Assembly: GCA_965227515.1 (NCBI GenBank)
Contig: CBDDFZ010000001.1
Span: 3,017,600 to 3,081,599 of the forward strand
DNA: 64,000 nucleotides
DNA from: Alphaproteobacteria bacterium
Lineage (GTDB): Bacteria; Pseudomonadota; Alphaproteobacteria; CALKHQ01
Reading direction: 5' to 3'
Positions 38,742 to 49,605 of the stretch are shown in pieces; position 1 is the first letter of the stretch; the number at the start of each line of letters is the position of its first letter. The notes under the pieces are model-generated. The model did no database searches, was not told the DNA's origin, and saw only the letters and a list, made by a program, of their open reading frames with translations. The translations under genes and the position numbers were made by a program.

Positions 38742-40820
38742 ATGCCACGCGATCCCGATCCCGTCTTCGTTCCCTCGGTCTGCCCGCACGATTGCCCCAG
38801 CACGTGCGCGCTGGAGGTGGAGCGCATCGACGAGCGCACCATCGGCCGCGTGCGCGGTGCCGCAGACAACACCTACACGGCGGGCGTCGTCTGCGCGAAA
38901 GTCGCGCGCTACCAGGAGCGCCAGCACCATCCCGACCGGCTGACCCGGCCGCTGGTCCGCACCGGCGACAAGATGGTGGGGCGGGAGGCGTTTCGGGAGA
39001 TCGGCTGGGACGAGGCGCTTGATATCGTCGCCGACCGCTTCAAGGCGGTGGTGGCGGCCGACGGCACCGAGGCGGTTTGGCCGTATTTCTATGCCGGTAC
39101 CATGGGCCACTTGCAGCGCGACGGCATCGAGCGGTTGCGCCATGTCATGCGCTATTCCGGCCAGAAGAGCACCATCTGCGTGGCGCTGTCGGATGCCGGC
39201 TGGCTTGCCGGTGCGGGCATCAAGCGTGGCGCCGACACCCGCGAGATCGACGAGGCCGATCTGATCGTGGTTTGGGGCGGCAACCCGGTCGCCACCCAGG
39301 TCAACGTGATGACCCACGTCACCAAGGCCCGCAAGGCCCGTGGCGCCAAGCTGGCGGTGGTCGACCCTTACCGCACCGGCACGGCGGAGGCGGCCGACAT
39401 CCACCTGGCGCTGAGGCCGGGCACCGACGCGGCACTCGCCTGCGCGGTGATGCACGTGATGTTCAGGGACGGCACCGCCGACCGCGACTACATGGCGCGC
39501 TTTGCCGACGATCCGGCCGGGCTGGAGGCGCATCTGGCGACCCGCGGGCCGGACTGGGCTGCCGAGATCACCGGCCTGACGGTCGAGGAGATTGAGGCGT
39601 TCGCCAGGATCTATGGCACCACCGACCGCGCCTTCATCCGCCTCGGCTACGGCTTTTCGCGTGCACGCAATGGGGCGGCCAATATGCACGCGGCCGCCAG
39701 CCTGCCGGTGGTGGGCGGCAAGTGGCGGCACAAGGGCGGCGGCGCGCACTATTCGAATGCGCCGGGCGCCTTCTACCCGCTCGACAAGACCTTCATCGAG
39801 GGCAAGGACCGCATCGACCCGTCGATCCGGGTGCTGGACCAGTCGCGCCTGGGCCCGGTGCTGACCGGCGACCGCCGCGACCTGGGCGACGGCCCGCCGG
39901 TGAACGCGATGCTGATCCAGAACACCAACCCGGTGGTGGTCTGCCCGGAATCGCTCAAGGTGCGCGAAGGCTTCCTGCGCGACGACCTGTTCGTCTGCGT
40001 CCACGAGCAGTTCATGACCGAGACCGCGGCGATGGCCGATATCGTGCTGCCGGCCCAGACCTCGATGGAATATGCCGACATCTACACCTCCGGCGGCCAC
40101 ACCCACCTGCACATTACCAGGCCGGTGGTGGAGGCGCCCGGCGAATGCCGCTCCAACCACGCGGTCATCTGCGCGCTCGCCAAGCGGCTGGGCGCCGAGC
40201 ACCCGGCGTTCGACATGGACGACTGGGAAGTGCTGGACGAGACATGCCGCCAGTCGGGCCTGCCGCCGGCCGACGAATTCGCGGCCGCCAAGTGGATCGA
40301 CTTCGTCAAGCCGTTCGAGGAGGCGCATTTCCTCACCGGCTTCGGCCATGCCGACGGCAAGTGGCACTTCAAGGCGGACTGGCAGGGCATGGGCGATGTC
40401 GACGGGCGGCTGTCGCCGTTCCCCGACCACAATCTGGTCTATGACCTGACCGACGACGACCACCCGTTCCGGATGGTGACGGCGCCGGCGCGCCAGTACC
40501 TGAACACCAGCTTCACCGAGACGCCGACCAGCAGGAAGCGCGAGGGCCGGCCGACCGCCAAGATGCACGCCGACGACATGGCGGCCCTGGGGGTGCGCGG
40601 TGGCGACCGGGTGCGGCTCGGCAACCGGCTGGGCTCGGTGGTCGTGCATGCGGCCGCCGCCGATGGCCAGCGGCCGGGCACGGTGGTGGTGGAGGGGATC
40701 TGGCCGAACCACGCCTTCGAGGAGGGGATCGGCATCAACACGCTGATCAGCGCCGAGCCCGGGCTGCCGGCCGGCGGCGCCGTGTTCCACGATACCGCGA
40801 TCTGGGTGCGGGCGGCTTGA
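38742..40820 (+). CDS. molybdopterin-dependent oxidoreductase (MopB superfamily) with an N-terminal [4Fe-4S] motif
   Basis: CPHDCPSTC cysteine motif in the N-terminal Fe-S domain. Molybdopterin and C-terminal beta-barrel domains follow. I chose ATG 38742 over the track's 38673. Confidence 0.85.
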   Translation: MPRDPDPVFVPSVCPHDCPSTCALEVERIDERTIGRVRGAADNTYTAGVVCAKVARYQERQHHPDRLTRPLVRTGDKMVGREAFREIGWDEALDIVADRFKAVVAADGTEAVWPYFYAGTMGHLQRDGIERLRHVMRYSGQKSTICVALSDAGWLAGAGIKRGADTREIDEADLIVVWGGNPVATQVNVMTHVTKARKARGAKLAVVDPYRTGTAEAADIHLALRPGTDAALACAVMHVMFRDGTADRDYMARFADDPAGLEAHLATRGPDWAAEITGLTVEEIEAFARIYGTTDRAFIRLGYGFSRARNGAANMHAAASLPVVGGKWRHKGGGAHYSNAPGAFYPLDKTFIEGKDRIDPSIRVLDQSRLGPVLTGDRRDLGDGPPVNAMLIQNTNPVVVCPESLKVREGFLRDDLFVCVHEQFMTETAAMADIVLPAQTSMEYADIYTSGGHTHLHITRPVVEAPGECRSNHAVICALAKRLGAEHPAFDMDDWEVLDETCRQSGLPPADEFAAAKWIDFVKPFEEAHFLTGFGHADGKWHFKADWQGMGDVDGRLSPFPDHNLVYDLTDDDHPFRMVTAPARQYLNTSFTETPTSRKREGRPTAKMHADDMAALGVRGGDRVRLGNRLGSVVVHAAAADGQRPGTVVVEGIWPNHAFEEGIGINTLISAEPGLPAGGAVFHDTAIWVRAA

Positions 40821-40903
40821 CCGGGCCACTACCCCGTGACTGGAAATTGGCGCACCGGCGCAACACATTAAGGCTGTAACCACAACCGCCTGAATGGAGC
40901 CAG

Positions 40904-41611
40904 ATGGCCGACAAGCCCACCCACCTGCCAGCACAGTCCTCAAGCGGCGAGATCGACGACTTCTTGAACAAGGTCGCCGCCATCGCGCCGGCCACCGGTT
41001 CCGGTCCGCGCGGCCGCCTGCTGTTCGCGCTCGACGCCACCGCCAGCCGCGAGCCGACCTGGGACCGTGCCTGCCACATCCAGGCGCAGATGTTCCAGGA
41101 GGCGGCGAGCCTGGGCGGGCTCGACATGCAGGTCTGCTTCTACCGCGGTTTCGGCGAGTTCAAGGCCACCGGCTGGACCCGCGACAGCAACAGCCTGTTG
41201 CAGAAGATGACGCGGGTGCGCTGCGTCGGCGGGCGCACTCAGGTGCGCCGCATGCTGCGCCACATCCGGCGCGAGACCGAGAAGCAGAAGGTGACGGCGG
41301 CCGTGTTCGTTGGCGACACGCTGGAAGAGCCGGTCGACGAGGTCTGCGACGAGGCCGGGCACCTGGGGCTGACCGGCACGCCGGTGTTCATGTTCCACGA
41401 GATCGGCAATGTCGCCGCGCGCTACGCGTTCCAGCAGGTCGCCAAGCTGACCGGCGGCGCCTATTGCGCGCTGGACGCCTCCAGCGCCGGGCGGCTCGCC
41501 GAGCTGCTGCGCGCGGTCGCGGTCTACGCCGCCGGCGGGCGGCAGGCGCTGGTGGAATTCGGCGACCGGCACGGCGGCATGGTCAAGCAATTGACCCACC
41601 AGGTACGCTAG
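40904..41611 (+). CDS. VWA domain-containing protein
   Basis: LLFALDATASREPTWD MIDAS-like motif. 235 aa. Confidence 0.6.
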   Translation: MADKPTHLPAQSSSGEIDDFLNKVAAIAPATGSGPRGRLLFALDATASREPTWDRACHIQAQMFQEAASLGGLDMQVCFYRGFGEFKATGWTRDSNSLLQKMTRVRCVGGRTQVRRMLRHIRRETEKQKVTAAVFVGDTLEEPVDEVCDEAGHLGLTGTPVFMFHEIGNVAARYAFQQVAKLTGGAYCALDASSAGRLAELLRAVAVYAAGGRQALVEFGDRHGGMVKQLTHQVR

Positions 41612-41635
41612 TACCAGGCGGCGCGGAACAAGCCA

Positions 41636-42370
41636 TTGCCATATCTTCTGCTCGGGATCGGACTGCTCGCTGGCTTCTTTCTGATCGGCCGGTGGTATGT
41701 GCAGGCCAGCCCCTCCGATGTGCGCCGGGCGGGCAAGTTCGTCGGCATCGCGGCACTGGCCGCCATTGCCGCCTTCCTGCTGTTCACCGGACGTGCCGGC
41801 GCGGCGCTGCTGCCGCTGGCCGGCATGTTGCCGTTCCTGATCAAGTCCGGCCTTGGCTATACGGTGATGCGCGGTCTCGCCGGCCGTGCCGGCGGCGGCG
41901 GGTCTGGGCGCGGCAGGCAGTCGGCGGTGCGCACACGCTATCTGGAAATGACGCTGGACCATGACAGTGGCGCCCTGGACGGCCGCATCCTGAAGGGGCG
42001 GTTCCAGGACCGGCGGCTCGACGATCTGTCGCAAGCCGAGCTTGCCGACCTGCTGGCCGAAGTCGGCGACGATCAACAGTCGATGCAGGTTCTGGAAGCC
42101 TATCTCGACAAGCGCCTGGGGCCGGAGTGGCGCCAAGGTGCGGGCGATGCGGGTGCCGCCGGCGCGGGCGGAGGCGGGAGCCGGGGCGCAGGCGGCCGCA
42201 TGACGCCCGACGAGGCCCGCAAGATCCTGGGGGTGGCGAATGGTGCCAGCCGGGAGGAGATCGAGGCTGCATATCGCGCCGAGATGAAGCGCAACCATCC
42301 CGACGCCGGCGGGTCGACCTGGTTTGCCGCCAAGATCAACGAGGCACGCGCAGTTCTGCTGGGTGAGTAG
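41636..42370 (+). CDS. J-domain (DnaJ-like) membrane protein
   Basis: N-terminal TM helices, a Gly-rich linker, and a C-terminal J domain with the HPD motif (KRNHPDAGGS). Confidence 0.7.
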   Translation: MPYLLLGIGLLAGFFLIGRWYVQASPSDVRRAGKFVGIAALAAIAAFLLFTGRAGAALLPLAGMLPFLIKSGLGYTVMRGLAGRAGGGGSGRGRQSAVRTRYLEMTLDHDSGALDGRILKGRFQDRRLDDLSQAELADLLAEVGDDQQSMQVLEAYLDKRLGPEWRQGAGDAGAAGAGGGGSRGAGGRMTPDEARKILGVANGASREEIEAAYRAEMKRNHPDAGGSTWFAAKINEARAVLLGE

Positions 42371-42496
42371 GCCGGCGGCGCAGCGGGTGGCAACTTTCTC
42401 GAGATTCCATTGTTGAATAGTACGTCGCGCCGGTTACCTTCGCGCACGCGCTCCGATCCGGACCTTCCCCAACCTCGCTGACAGCACGGATAGCCC

Positions 42497-43369
42497 ATGC
42501 CCAAGCCGATCACTGCCGCCATCTTCCCCGTTGCCGGATTTGGCACCCGCTCGTTGCCCGCGACCAAGACCGTGCCGAAGGAGCTGATCCCGGTCGTCGA
42601 CAAGCCGGTGCTGCAATACGTCTATGAGGAGGCGGTGGCCGCCGGCATCGAGCGGTTCGTGTTCGTCACCGGCCGCAACAAGGGCGCGATCGAGGACTTT
42701 TTCGACAGCGCCTATGAGCTGGAAGACAGCCTGAGATCACGCAATAAGACCGACGCCTTGAAGGTGACGACCGAGTTCGTGCCGGAGGCAGGGCAGGTCG
42801 CCTTCACCCGGCAACAGGCGGCCAAGGGGCTGGGCCATGCCGTCTGGTGCGCGCGCCACCTGGTGGGCGATGGGGCGGTTGCGGTGCTGCTGCCGGATGT
42901 GATCATCGACGCTCCGACCTCCTGCCTGAAGCAGATGGCCGACGTCTACAACGCGCGCGGCGGCAACGTGGTGGCGCTGGAGCGGGTGCCGGAGGACAAG
43001 GCCTACAAGTACGGCATCGTCGACGTGGCCGGGACCGAGGGCAACGTGGTCGGCATAAAGGGCATGGTGGAGAAGCCGCCCGCCGGTACCGCACCGTCCA
43101 ACCTGTCGCTGGTGGGGCGCTATATCCTGCAGCCGGAGATCTTCGATGCCCTGGAGGGCCAGGCAGCCGGCGCCGGCGGCGAGATCCAGCTCACCGATGC
43201 CATGCTGAGCCTGCTCGATAGCCAGGATTTCTGGGGCCTGGAGTACGAGGGCCGCCAGTTCGACTGCGGCGACAAGGCGGGCTATGTCGAGGCCAATGTG
43301 TCCTATGGCCTGCGTCACGCCGAGATCGGCGACGAAGTACGCGCCAGGATCGCGGCCCTGCTGTCCTGA
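42497..43369 (+). CDS. galU: UTP--glucose-1-phosphate uridylyltransferase
   Basis: AIFPVAGFGTRSLPATKTVPKEL nucleotidyltransferase signature. 290 aa. Confidence 0.9.
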   Translation: MPKPITAAIFPVAGFGTRSLPATKTVPKELIPVVDKPVLQYVYEEAVAAGIERFVFVTGRNKGAIEDFFDSAYELEDSLRSRNKTDALKVTTEFVPEAGQVAFTRQQAAKGLGHAVWCARHLVGDGAVAVLLPDVIIDAPTSCLKQMADVYNARGGNVVALERVPEDKAYKYGIVDVAGTEGNVVGIKGMVEKPPAGTAPSNLSLVGRYILQPEIFDALEGQAAGAGGEIQLTDAMLSLLDSQDFWGLEYEGRQFDCGDKAGYVEANVSYGLRHAEIGDEVRARIAALLS

Positions 43370-43463
43370 CCCGCCATCGCGGCGCCGCTGGCGTGGCACG
43401 CTGGTCTACGCGGCACCGAGCGATGTATCCTGATAGCCAACCCTTACGAGGCTGAGAACCGCC

Positions 43464-44879
43464 ATGAGCCACCAGTTCGACCCGACCATCCTGCGCGAAT
43501 ACGACATTCGCGGCACCATTGGCGAAACGCTGGGCACCGACGACGCCCATGCCATCGGGCGTGGTTTTGCCACTATCGCGCGCGAGCGGGCCGGCCCCGG
43601 CGCCAGCCTGACCATCGGCACGGCCTATGACGGACGGATCAGTTCGCCCGATCTGGTCGCGGCCTTGTCGGACGGTTTGTGCTCTGGCGGCGTCGACGTG
43701 GTGAACGTCGGCATGGGCCCGACGCCCATGCTCTATTTCGCCGTCCACAGCATCGGTCTCGACGGCGGCATCATGGTCACCGGCTCGCACAATCCGCCCA
43801 ATATGAACGGCTTCAAGCTGATGCTCGGCACCGCGTCGTTCTTCGGCGAGGATATCGCGGCCCTCGGCCCGCTGGCGGCGGCGGGGCGGTTCGCCAGCGG
43901 CCGCGGCGAGGCGACCAAGCGCGATGTGATGGGCGAATACCTCGAGGCACTCGTCGGCGGCTACACCTCGAGCAACGGCCTGACCATCGCCTGGGACAGC
44001 GGCAACGGGTCCGCAGGGCCGGCGATGGAGGCGATGACCGCGCGGCTGCCGGGCAAGCACATCCTGCTGAATGCCAAGGTCGACGGCACGTTCCCGGCCC
44101 ACCACCCCGACCCGACTGTGCCGGAGAACCTGGTCCAGTTGCAGCAGGCGGTGGCCGACAACAATTGCGACCTTGGCATCGCCTTCGATGGCGATGGCGA
44201 CCGCATCGGCGCGATCGACGGCAAGGGCCGTATCATCTGGGGCGACCAGTTGCTGGCGCTGTTGGCGGAGGCGGTGCTGGCCGACAACCCCGGCGCCACC
44301 GTCATCGCCGACGTGAAGGCGAGCAAGGCGCTGTTCGACCGCATTTCCGAATTAGGCGGCAAGCCGGTGATGTGGAAGACAGGGCACTCGCTGATCAAGG
44401 CCAAGATGAAGGAGACCGGCGCCCCGCTGGCCGGGGAGATGAGCGGTCATGTGATGTTCGCCGACCGCTATTACGGCTACGACGACGCACTTTATGTCGC
44501 AGCCCGCTTCGCCTCCATGGTCGCCGATTCCGGGAAGAGCCTGGCCGACCTCTACGACAAGCTGCCGGTGATGGTGAACACGCCGGAGTTGCGTTTTCCC
44601 TGCGACGACCTGCGCAAGTTTGCGGTGATTGAAGAGATCCGCGACCGGCTGTCCGCCTCCAGCGGTGGCGCCAGGGTCAATCCCATCGACGGCGTCAGGG
44701 TAGAGACCGACGAGGGCTGGTGGCTGATCCGTGCGTCCAACACGCAGCCGGTGCTGGTTGCCCGTGCTGAGGCAACCACGGAGGCGGGGCTAGAGGACTT
44801 GAAGGCGAAGATGGCGGCGCAGCTCGCCGAAAGCGGCGTGGAGTCGCCGTTCGACCGGCCCCCCGCCGCGCATCATTAG
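43464..44879 (+). CDS. phosphoglucomutase/phosphomannomutase
   Basis: Active-site TGSHNPP and Mg-binding DGDGDR motifs. 471 aa. Confidence 0.88.
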   Translation: MSHQFDPTILREYDIRGTIGETLGTDDAHAIGRGFATIARERAGPGASLTIGTAYDGRISSPDLVAALSDGLCSGGVDVVNVGMGPTPMLYFAVHSIGLDGGIMVTGSHNPPNMNGFKLMLGTASFFGEDIAALGPLAAAGRFASGRGEATKRDVMGEYLEALVGGYTSSNGLTIAWDSGNGSAGPAMEAMTARLPGKHILLNAKVDGTFPAHHPDPTVPENLVQLQQAVADNNCDLGIAFDGDGDRIGAIDGKGRIIWGDQLLALLAEAVLADNPGATVIADVKASKALFDRISELGGKPVMWKTGHSLIKAKMKETGAPLAGEMSGHVMFADRYYGYDDALYVAARFASMVADSGKSLADLYDKLPVMVNTPELRFPCDDLRKFAVIEEIRDRLSASSGGARVNPIDGVRVETDEGWWLIRASNTQPVLVARAEATTEAGLEDLKAKMAAQLAESGVESPFDRPPAAHH

Positions 44880-44905
44880 AAGGGGGTCGGCTGAATAGTG
44901 CTGAT

Positions 44906-45475
44906 TCAGTCGCCGTCCTTGGCCGCGGCCTTCAGCTGGTCGCGCAGGCTGACCAGGCGGCCCCGCACGTCTTTCAGCCGGCCGGCCAAAGCCATGTCGA
45001 GGACCGGCGCGCTGGCCTCACTCGGCGCTTCGCCAGCGTCACTGGCCTTGTTGGCGAGGTCGCCATTGTCGCCCGCATCCGCGACCGTCTCAGGCGCCGT
45101 TGCGTCGTCCTGCACGGTCAATGGGCCGGCATCGCCTGATCCGGGCCGCCGCGCGCCGCGCCGGCCGGCATTGCGCGCATCCGGTCCGCGCAACAGCTTC
45201 TGCGCGCCCTTGATGGTATAGCCCTGGTCGTAGAGCAGCGCCCTGATCCGGACCAGCAGGTCGATGTCTTCCGGCCGGTAATACCGCCGGCCGCCGGCAC
45301 GCTTCATCGGACGGATCTGGTTGAACTTGGTCTCCCAGAAGCGCAGCACATGCTGCGGGACGTCGATCTCGCGCGCGACCTCGCTGATGGTTCGGAAGGC
45401 GCTGGCCGATTTGGCGACCGAACGCGCCCGGCCCGGCGCGTCGGCGGCCCCGTTGTCTGGCGTTGTCGAAGCCAT
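44906..45475 (-). CDS. MerR family transcriptional regulator
   Basis: HTH region [22 protein letters not shown]...RYY. Lies downstream of ihfA, the usual alphaproteobacterial arrangement. Confidence 0.8.
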   Translation of the reverse strand: MASTTPDNGAADAPGRARSVAKSASAFRTISEVAREIDVPQHVLRFWETKFNQIRPMKRAGGRRYYRPEDIDLLVRIRALLYDQGYTIKGAQKLLRGPDARNAGRRGARRPGSGDAGPLTVQDDATAPETVADAGDNGDLANKASDAGEAPSEASAPVLDMALAGRLKDVRGRLVSLRDQLKAAAKDGD

Positions 45476-45481
45476 CCGCCG

Positions 45482-45805
45482 CTAGTCCCGCTCGGCGGCA
45501 GCCGATCCGCTCAGCGCATGGTTGATGCGGTTCTTGAGCACATGCGATGCGCGAAAAACCAACACCTTACGGGGCAGAATGGGCACTTCTTCCCCGGTCT
45601 TGGGGTTGCGGCCAACCCGCTCGCCCTTGTTGCGCACGATGAAACTGCCAAACGACGATATCTTGACCGACTCATCGCGCGTCAATGCGTCGGAAATCTC
45701 TCCCAAGACGGACTCCACCAACTCGGCGGATTCGTTACGCGACAGCCCGACCTCGCGATACACTGCCTCGCTGAGGTCGGCCCGCGTCATTGTTTTCCCG
45801 CTCAT
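45482..45805 (-). CDS. ihfA: integration host factor subunit alpha
   Basis: [16 protein letters not shown]...[15 protein letters not shown]-binding arm of the HU/IHF family. Confidence 0.9.
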   Translation of the reverse strand: MSGKTMTRADLSEAVYREVGLSRNESAELVESVLGEISDALTRDESVKISSFGSFIVRNKGERVGRNPKTGEEVPILPRKVLVFRASHVLKNRINHALSGSAAAERD

Positions 45806-45893
45806 CACCAGCCTCCCAGTTAAGAGGATTGTTAAACAGCGGGACTAACAGCGTCAATTCATTAGATTTTCTGATTCGAAGATTCTTGGCAAA

Positions 45894-46871
45894 TCACCAG
45901 CGCAGAAGCGCGGAACCCCAAGTGAATCCGCCGCCCATGGCCTCCAGCAACACGATCTGGCCCGGTTCGATGCGGCCGTCGCGCACCGCTTCGTCCAGCG
46001 CCAACGGTACCGAGGCCGCGGACGTATTGGCGTGACGGTCGATGGTGGTGACGACCCGGCTCGGATCGAGCGACAGCTTGCGGCGGACACCGTCGATGAT
46101 GCGCATGTTGGCCTGGTGTGGCACCAGCCAGTCCACGTCCGCGGCAGTCAGATCGTTGGATTGCAGTGCTTCTTCAACAGTTTGGGACAGTCTGTTGACA
46201 GCGTGCCTGAAGACCTCGCGGCCCTCCATGCGCACGTGTCCGACGGTGCCGGTTCGCGACGGGCCGCCGTCGACGTAGAGCGCATCGCGGTAACGTCCGT
46301 CGGAATGAATGTGGGTGGAGAGTATGCCGCGCGGCGCAGCCTCGCCGGCAACGGCTTCGCGCCTCTGCACCACGACCGCGCCAGCCCCGTCGCCGAACAG
46401 CACGCACGTGGTGCGGTCAGTCCAGTCGAGCAGGCGGGTGAAGGTCTCGGCGCCGATGACCAGCGCGCAGGCGGCCTGGCCGGCGCATAGAAAATTGTTG
46501 GCGACCGCAAGCGCGTAGATGAAGCCGGAGCACACCGCCTGCACATCGAAGGCCGCGCCGTCAGTGATGCCGAGGTTGGCCTGCACGGTGGTCGCGGTGG
46601 ACGGGAACGTGTCGTCGGGGGTTGTGGTGGCGACGATGATCAGGTCGACGTCGCTCGGCTGCAGGCCCGCCTGCTCCAGGGCGCGGCGGGACGCATCGGT
46701 CGCCAGGGTCGAGGTCAGCTCCTCGTCGCTGGCGATGTGGCGCTGCTTGATGCCGGTGCGCTCGACGATCCATTCGTCGCTGGTGTCGACGCGTTGCGCG
46801 AGTTCGTCATTGGTCACGCATCTGGCCGGCAGCGCGCTGCCGCAGCCGACAATCTCGGCGCGATAGGCCAT
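45894..46871 (-). CDS. fabH: beta-ketoacyl-ACP synthase III
   Basis: Active-site region [10 protein letters not shown], then HQAN and GGGFTWG motifs. Confidence 0.9.
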   Translation of the reverse strand: MAYRAEIVGCGSALPARCVTNDELAQRVDTSDEWIVERTGIKQRHIASDEELTSTLATDASRRALEQAGLQPSDVDLIIVATTTPDDTFPSTATTVQANLGITDGAAFDVQAVCSGFIYALAVANNFLCAGQAACALVIGAETFTRLLDWTDRTTCVLFGDGAGAVVVQRREAVAGEAAPRGILSTHIHSDGRYRDALYVDGGPSRTGTVGHVRMEGREVFRHAVNRLSQTVEEALQSNDLTAADVDWLVPHQANMRIIDGVRRKLSLDPSRVVTTIDRHANTSAASVPLALDEAVRDGRIEPGQIVLLEAMGGGFTWGSALLRW

Positions 46872-47935
46872 CAGGATGCCGCAGCCTGCAATTCGCCGGG
46901 CTGGTTGGCATAGAGGTGGTCGAACTCATCGCGGATGCGGTCGATGAAGCCGTGACGCGCCATGTCGATGGCCACGCCGAGTGCGGTGGAAAAGCCCAGC
47001 GCATCGGAACCGCCATGGCTCTTGACCACGATACCGTTCAGGCCCAGCAGCACCGCACCGTTGTAGCTGCGCGGATCGACCCTGCGCCGCATCTTCCAGA
47101 TCGCATGCTTGGCCAGCAGATAGCCGAGGCCGGCGAAGATCGAGCTCTTGAAAGCCTGGCGCAGGAATGCACCGACCAGGCGCGCGGTCCCCTCCGCCGT
47201 CTTCAGGGCAATGTTGCCGGTAAAGCCGTCCGTCACCACGACGTCGACCACCCCGGCCGCGATATCGTCGCCTTCGATGAAGCCGTAGAACTCGATCGGC
47301 AGGTCGGAGTCGCGCAGCGTCTGGGCGGCCTGCCGCAGCGCCTCGTGCCCCTTCAACTCCTCGGCGCCGACATTCAGCAGGCCGACGGTCGGCTGCATCC
47401 GGCCGAGCACGGTGCGCGCGAACATCTCGCCCATCACCGCGAACTGAACCAGGTTGTCGGCGTCGCACTCGATGTTGGCCCCCAGGTCCAGCATCACGCT
47501 CTCGCCGCTGAGCGTGGGGAAGAACGAGGCCATCGCCGGCCGGTCGATCTGGGGAAGGGTGCGCAACAGGAACTTGGCAATCGCCATCAGCGCACCGGTA
47601 TTGCCAGCCGAGATCATTCCGCTGGCCTCGCCCTGCCGCACCGCGTCCACCGCCATCCACAGGCTGCTGCCGCGCCCGCTGCGCAACGCGATGGACGGCT
47701 TGGCTTCGTTCTCGATGAACTTGGACGTGTGGTGAACCGTCGACGACTTGGCCAGCGCCTTGGTGTTCTTCACCAGCGGACCCACCTTTTCCTCGTCGCC
47801 GAAGAACAGGAAATGGACCTCGGGGTGACGCTTCAGGGCGATGCTCGCGGCGCGCACCACGGTACGTGGGCCGGTGTCGCCACCCATGGCGTCGATTGCA
47901 ATCGTCAACTGTTTCGACACGTCAGACCAAGCCAC
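46871..47935 (-). CDS. plsX: phosphate acyltransferase PlsX
   Basis: [14 protein letters not shown]-terminal signature. 354 aa. Overlaps the fabH start by 1 nt. Confidence 0.9.
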   Translation of the reverse strand: MAWSDVSKQLTIAIDAMGGDTGPRTVVRAASIALKRHPEVHFLFFGDEEKVGPLVKNTKALAKSSTVHHTSKFIENEAKPSIALRSGRGSSLWMAVDAVRQGEASGMISAGNTGALMAIAKFLLRTLPQIDRPAMASFFPTLSGESVMLDLGANIECDADNLVQFAVMGEMFARTVLGRMQPTVGLLNVGAEELKGHEALRQAAQTLRDSDLPIEFYGFIEGDDIAAGVVDVVVTDGFTGNIALKTAEGTARLVGAFLRQAFKSSIFAGLGYLLAKHAIWKMRRRVDPRSYNGAVLLGLNGIVVKSHGGSDALGFSTALGVAIDMARHGFIDRIRDEFDHLYANQPGELQAAAS

Positions 47936-48207
47936 TCGCTACAGACGGCCGGGGGAACCTGAGACGTCTCGCCGCAATTCCGCCCGCGTATTTTCGGACC
48001 CGCCGCGACCTCGCGCCGCCCCCTCGCGCCGATGTAGACCAAATCCCCAACAGCGACAAGCGTACGGCCGTGCGTCCCCCCGGGACGAGATGCCCGCGGC
48101 CGGACGAGACAACAGTGTGGTAGCGAATATCGGCGCCAGTTGCCAACAGCCAGTTTCGCATGGCGGTGCCGCGTTGCGATGACGGGCCGGCGTGCGCAAC
48201 CGACCGG

Positions 48208-48813
48208 TCATCCCGCCGGTACATCGTCGTAGACGGCGGTCACGTCGCGAAACTGGATGGAGCTGTCGCCCCCGCGCGCCGCGTCGTCACCGCAGTGTGC
48301 CGCGACGTGCGCCACCTGCGCGGCAAGGTAGCGCGCAAACAGACGGGCCGCGTCATTCGGCGCGCCGGCCGGGTCCTCGCGCCGGTACACGTTGCGGTTC
48401 ACGCAGTCGGCCAGCGCCTCGCCACCCTGATCGAACGCCTTGGCGTAGGCGTGCAGGCGACCGTTCAGGCCATTGGCCATCAGCCGCACCCGTTTCGCGA
48501 CGCCGACATCGCCGGCCCCCATTTCGCGCAGGGATTGGTCCATGTCGCGGATGAACATGGCGATCAGGCGCTTGACGAGGCCGGTGGTCCCGTTATCGCC
48601 GCGTTCGCCCGTACGTTCGCCGGATAGTCCATGAATCGCCGCGAAGACGTGGGCGACCAGAACGTCGTAGCGGCCGTCCACAGTGTCGGCCACCTGGGCG
48701 CGGGTGTAGTGGTCCGGGTGGCGCGATGCGGCCACGCACGTCGCATAGATGCTCTCGGCCAGCGTGGCCTGGGCGCGCGCCTGCTGGCGGCCTTGGCGAA
48801 AGCGTTGAAACAT
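48208..48813 (-). CDS. ubiquinol-cytochrome c chaperone (Cbp3/UQCC) family protein
   Basis: Conserved GRYDVLVAHVF...REMGAGDVGVAKRVRLMA...Y block typical of the family. I chose the start MFQRF. Confidence 0.6.
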   Translation of the reverse strand: MFQRFRQGRQQARAQATLAESIYATCVAASRHPDHYTRAQVADTVDGRYDVLVAHVFAAIHGLSGERTGERGDNGTTGLVKRLIAMFIRDMDQSLREMGAGDVGVAKRVRLMANGLNGRLHAYAKAFDQGGEALADCVNRNVYRREDPAGAPNDAARLFARYLAAQVAHVAAHCGDDAARGGDSSIQFRDVTAVYDDVPAG

Positions 48814-49009
48814 GGGGCCGGCTTTCCGGTTTGGCTCGATTGTTGGCGGGGCTTGACCCATCGGTCAGAATCATTACCACGATGGCGGATCGAAAGTTGA
48901 CCAATCGCCGCTCACTGGCCGCACGGCCATGTGATAGTCTGCCGCATGCAGCGGCGGCGCCATGGCAGCGCGAGGCGCGCTCGGCCAGGACGCGGCCAGG
49001 TATGGGTGA

Positions 49010-49486
49010 ATGAAAATGGTGGGGAACACTCCAAACGTCCTTCGGGGCACGGCCATCGGCCGGGCCTTGCGCGTGGTGGCATTGGCCGGCTGCGTGACGG
49101 GCATTGCGGCATGCGACAGCGTGCAGTCCCAGCGCGGCTATCAGGCCGACGCGCGCTCGGTGGAGCAGCTCCAGCCCGGCGTGGTCACCAAGGACGAGGT
49201 CTACAACATCCTGGGGTCGCCCTCGACGCGCGGCACGTTCGACGACTCGGTCTGGTACTACATCGGCACCGACATGGAGCGGTGGGCCTTCTTCGAGCCC
49301 GACATGCTGGACCGCACCATCATCGAGCTGCACTTCGACCAGGCCGGTTTCCTGACCGAGGTGCGGGAATACGGGCCCGAGATCGCGCAGGACGTCGACC
49401 CGGTCGATCGCGAGACGCCCACACGCGGCAACCGCATTACCTTCCTGCAGCAGTTCCTGGGCAATCTGGGCCGGTTCAACGACTAG
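49010..49486 (+). CDS. bamE: outer membrane protein assembly factor BamE (SmpA/OmlA lipoprotein)
   Basis: Lipobox LAGC. SmpA_OmlA core VVTKDEVYNILGSPS...WYYI. Confidence 0.8.
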   Translation: MKMVGNTPNVLRGTAIGRALRVVALAGCVTGIAACDSVQSQRGYQADARSVEQLQPGVVTKDEVYNILGSPSTRGTFDDSVWYYIGTDMERWAFFEPDMLDRTIIELHFDQAGFLTEVREYGPEIAQDVDPVDRETPTRGNRITFLQQFLGNLGRFND

Positions 49487-49552
49487 ATCGTTTTTGGCTT
49501 TGCTGGGTCGGCAACCGCCCGCACCCCGCCAGGAACGTCCACAAAGAAAAAG

Positions 49553-49577
49553 GGCCGGGGGATGGTCCCGCCGGCCC
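49553..49577 (-). terminator. Rho-independent terminator (GC stem GGGCCGG...CCGGCCC followed by a T-run on the minus strand)
   Basis: Minus-strand reading: GGGCCGGCGGGACC-ATC-CCCCGGCCC then TTTTTCTTTG. It sits downstream of the minus-strand lipoprotein gene, between convergent genes. Confidence 0.65.
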
Positions 49578-49605
49578 TTGATCTCGTCTCAGTGGCGGGT
49601 TCGCC

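Noticed and set aside
40940-42298. 452-aa minus-strand ORF antisense to the vWA and J-domain genes
   Set aside because: Antisense artefact. The J-domain HPD motif is on the plus strand.
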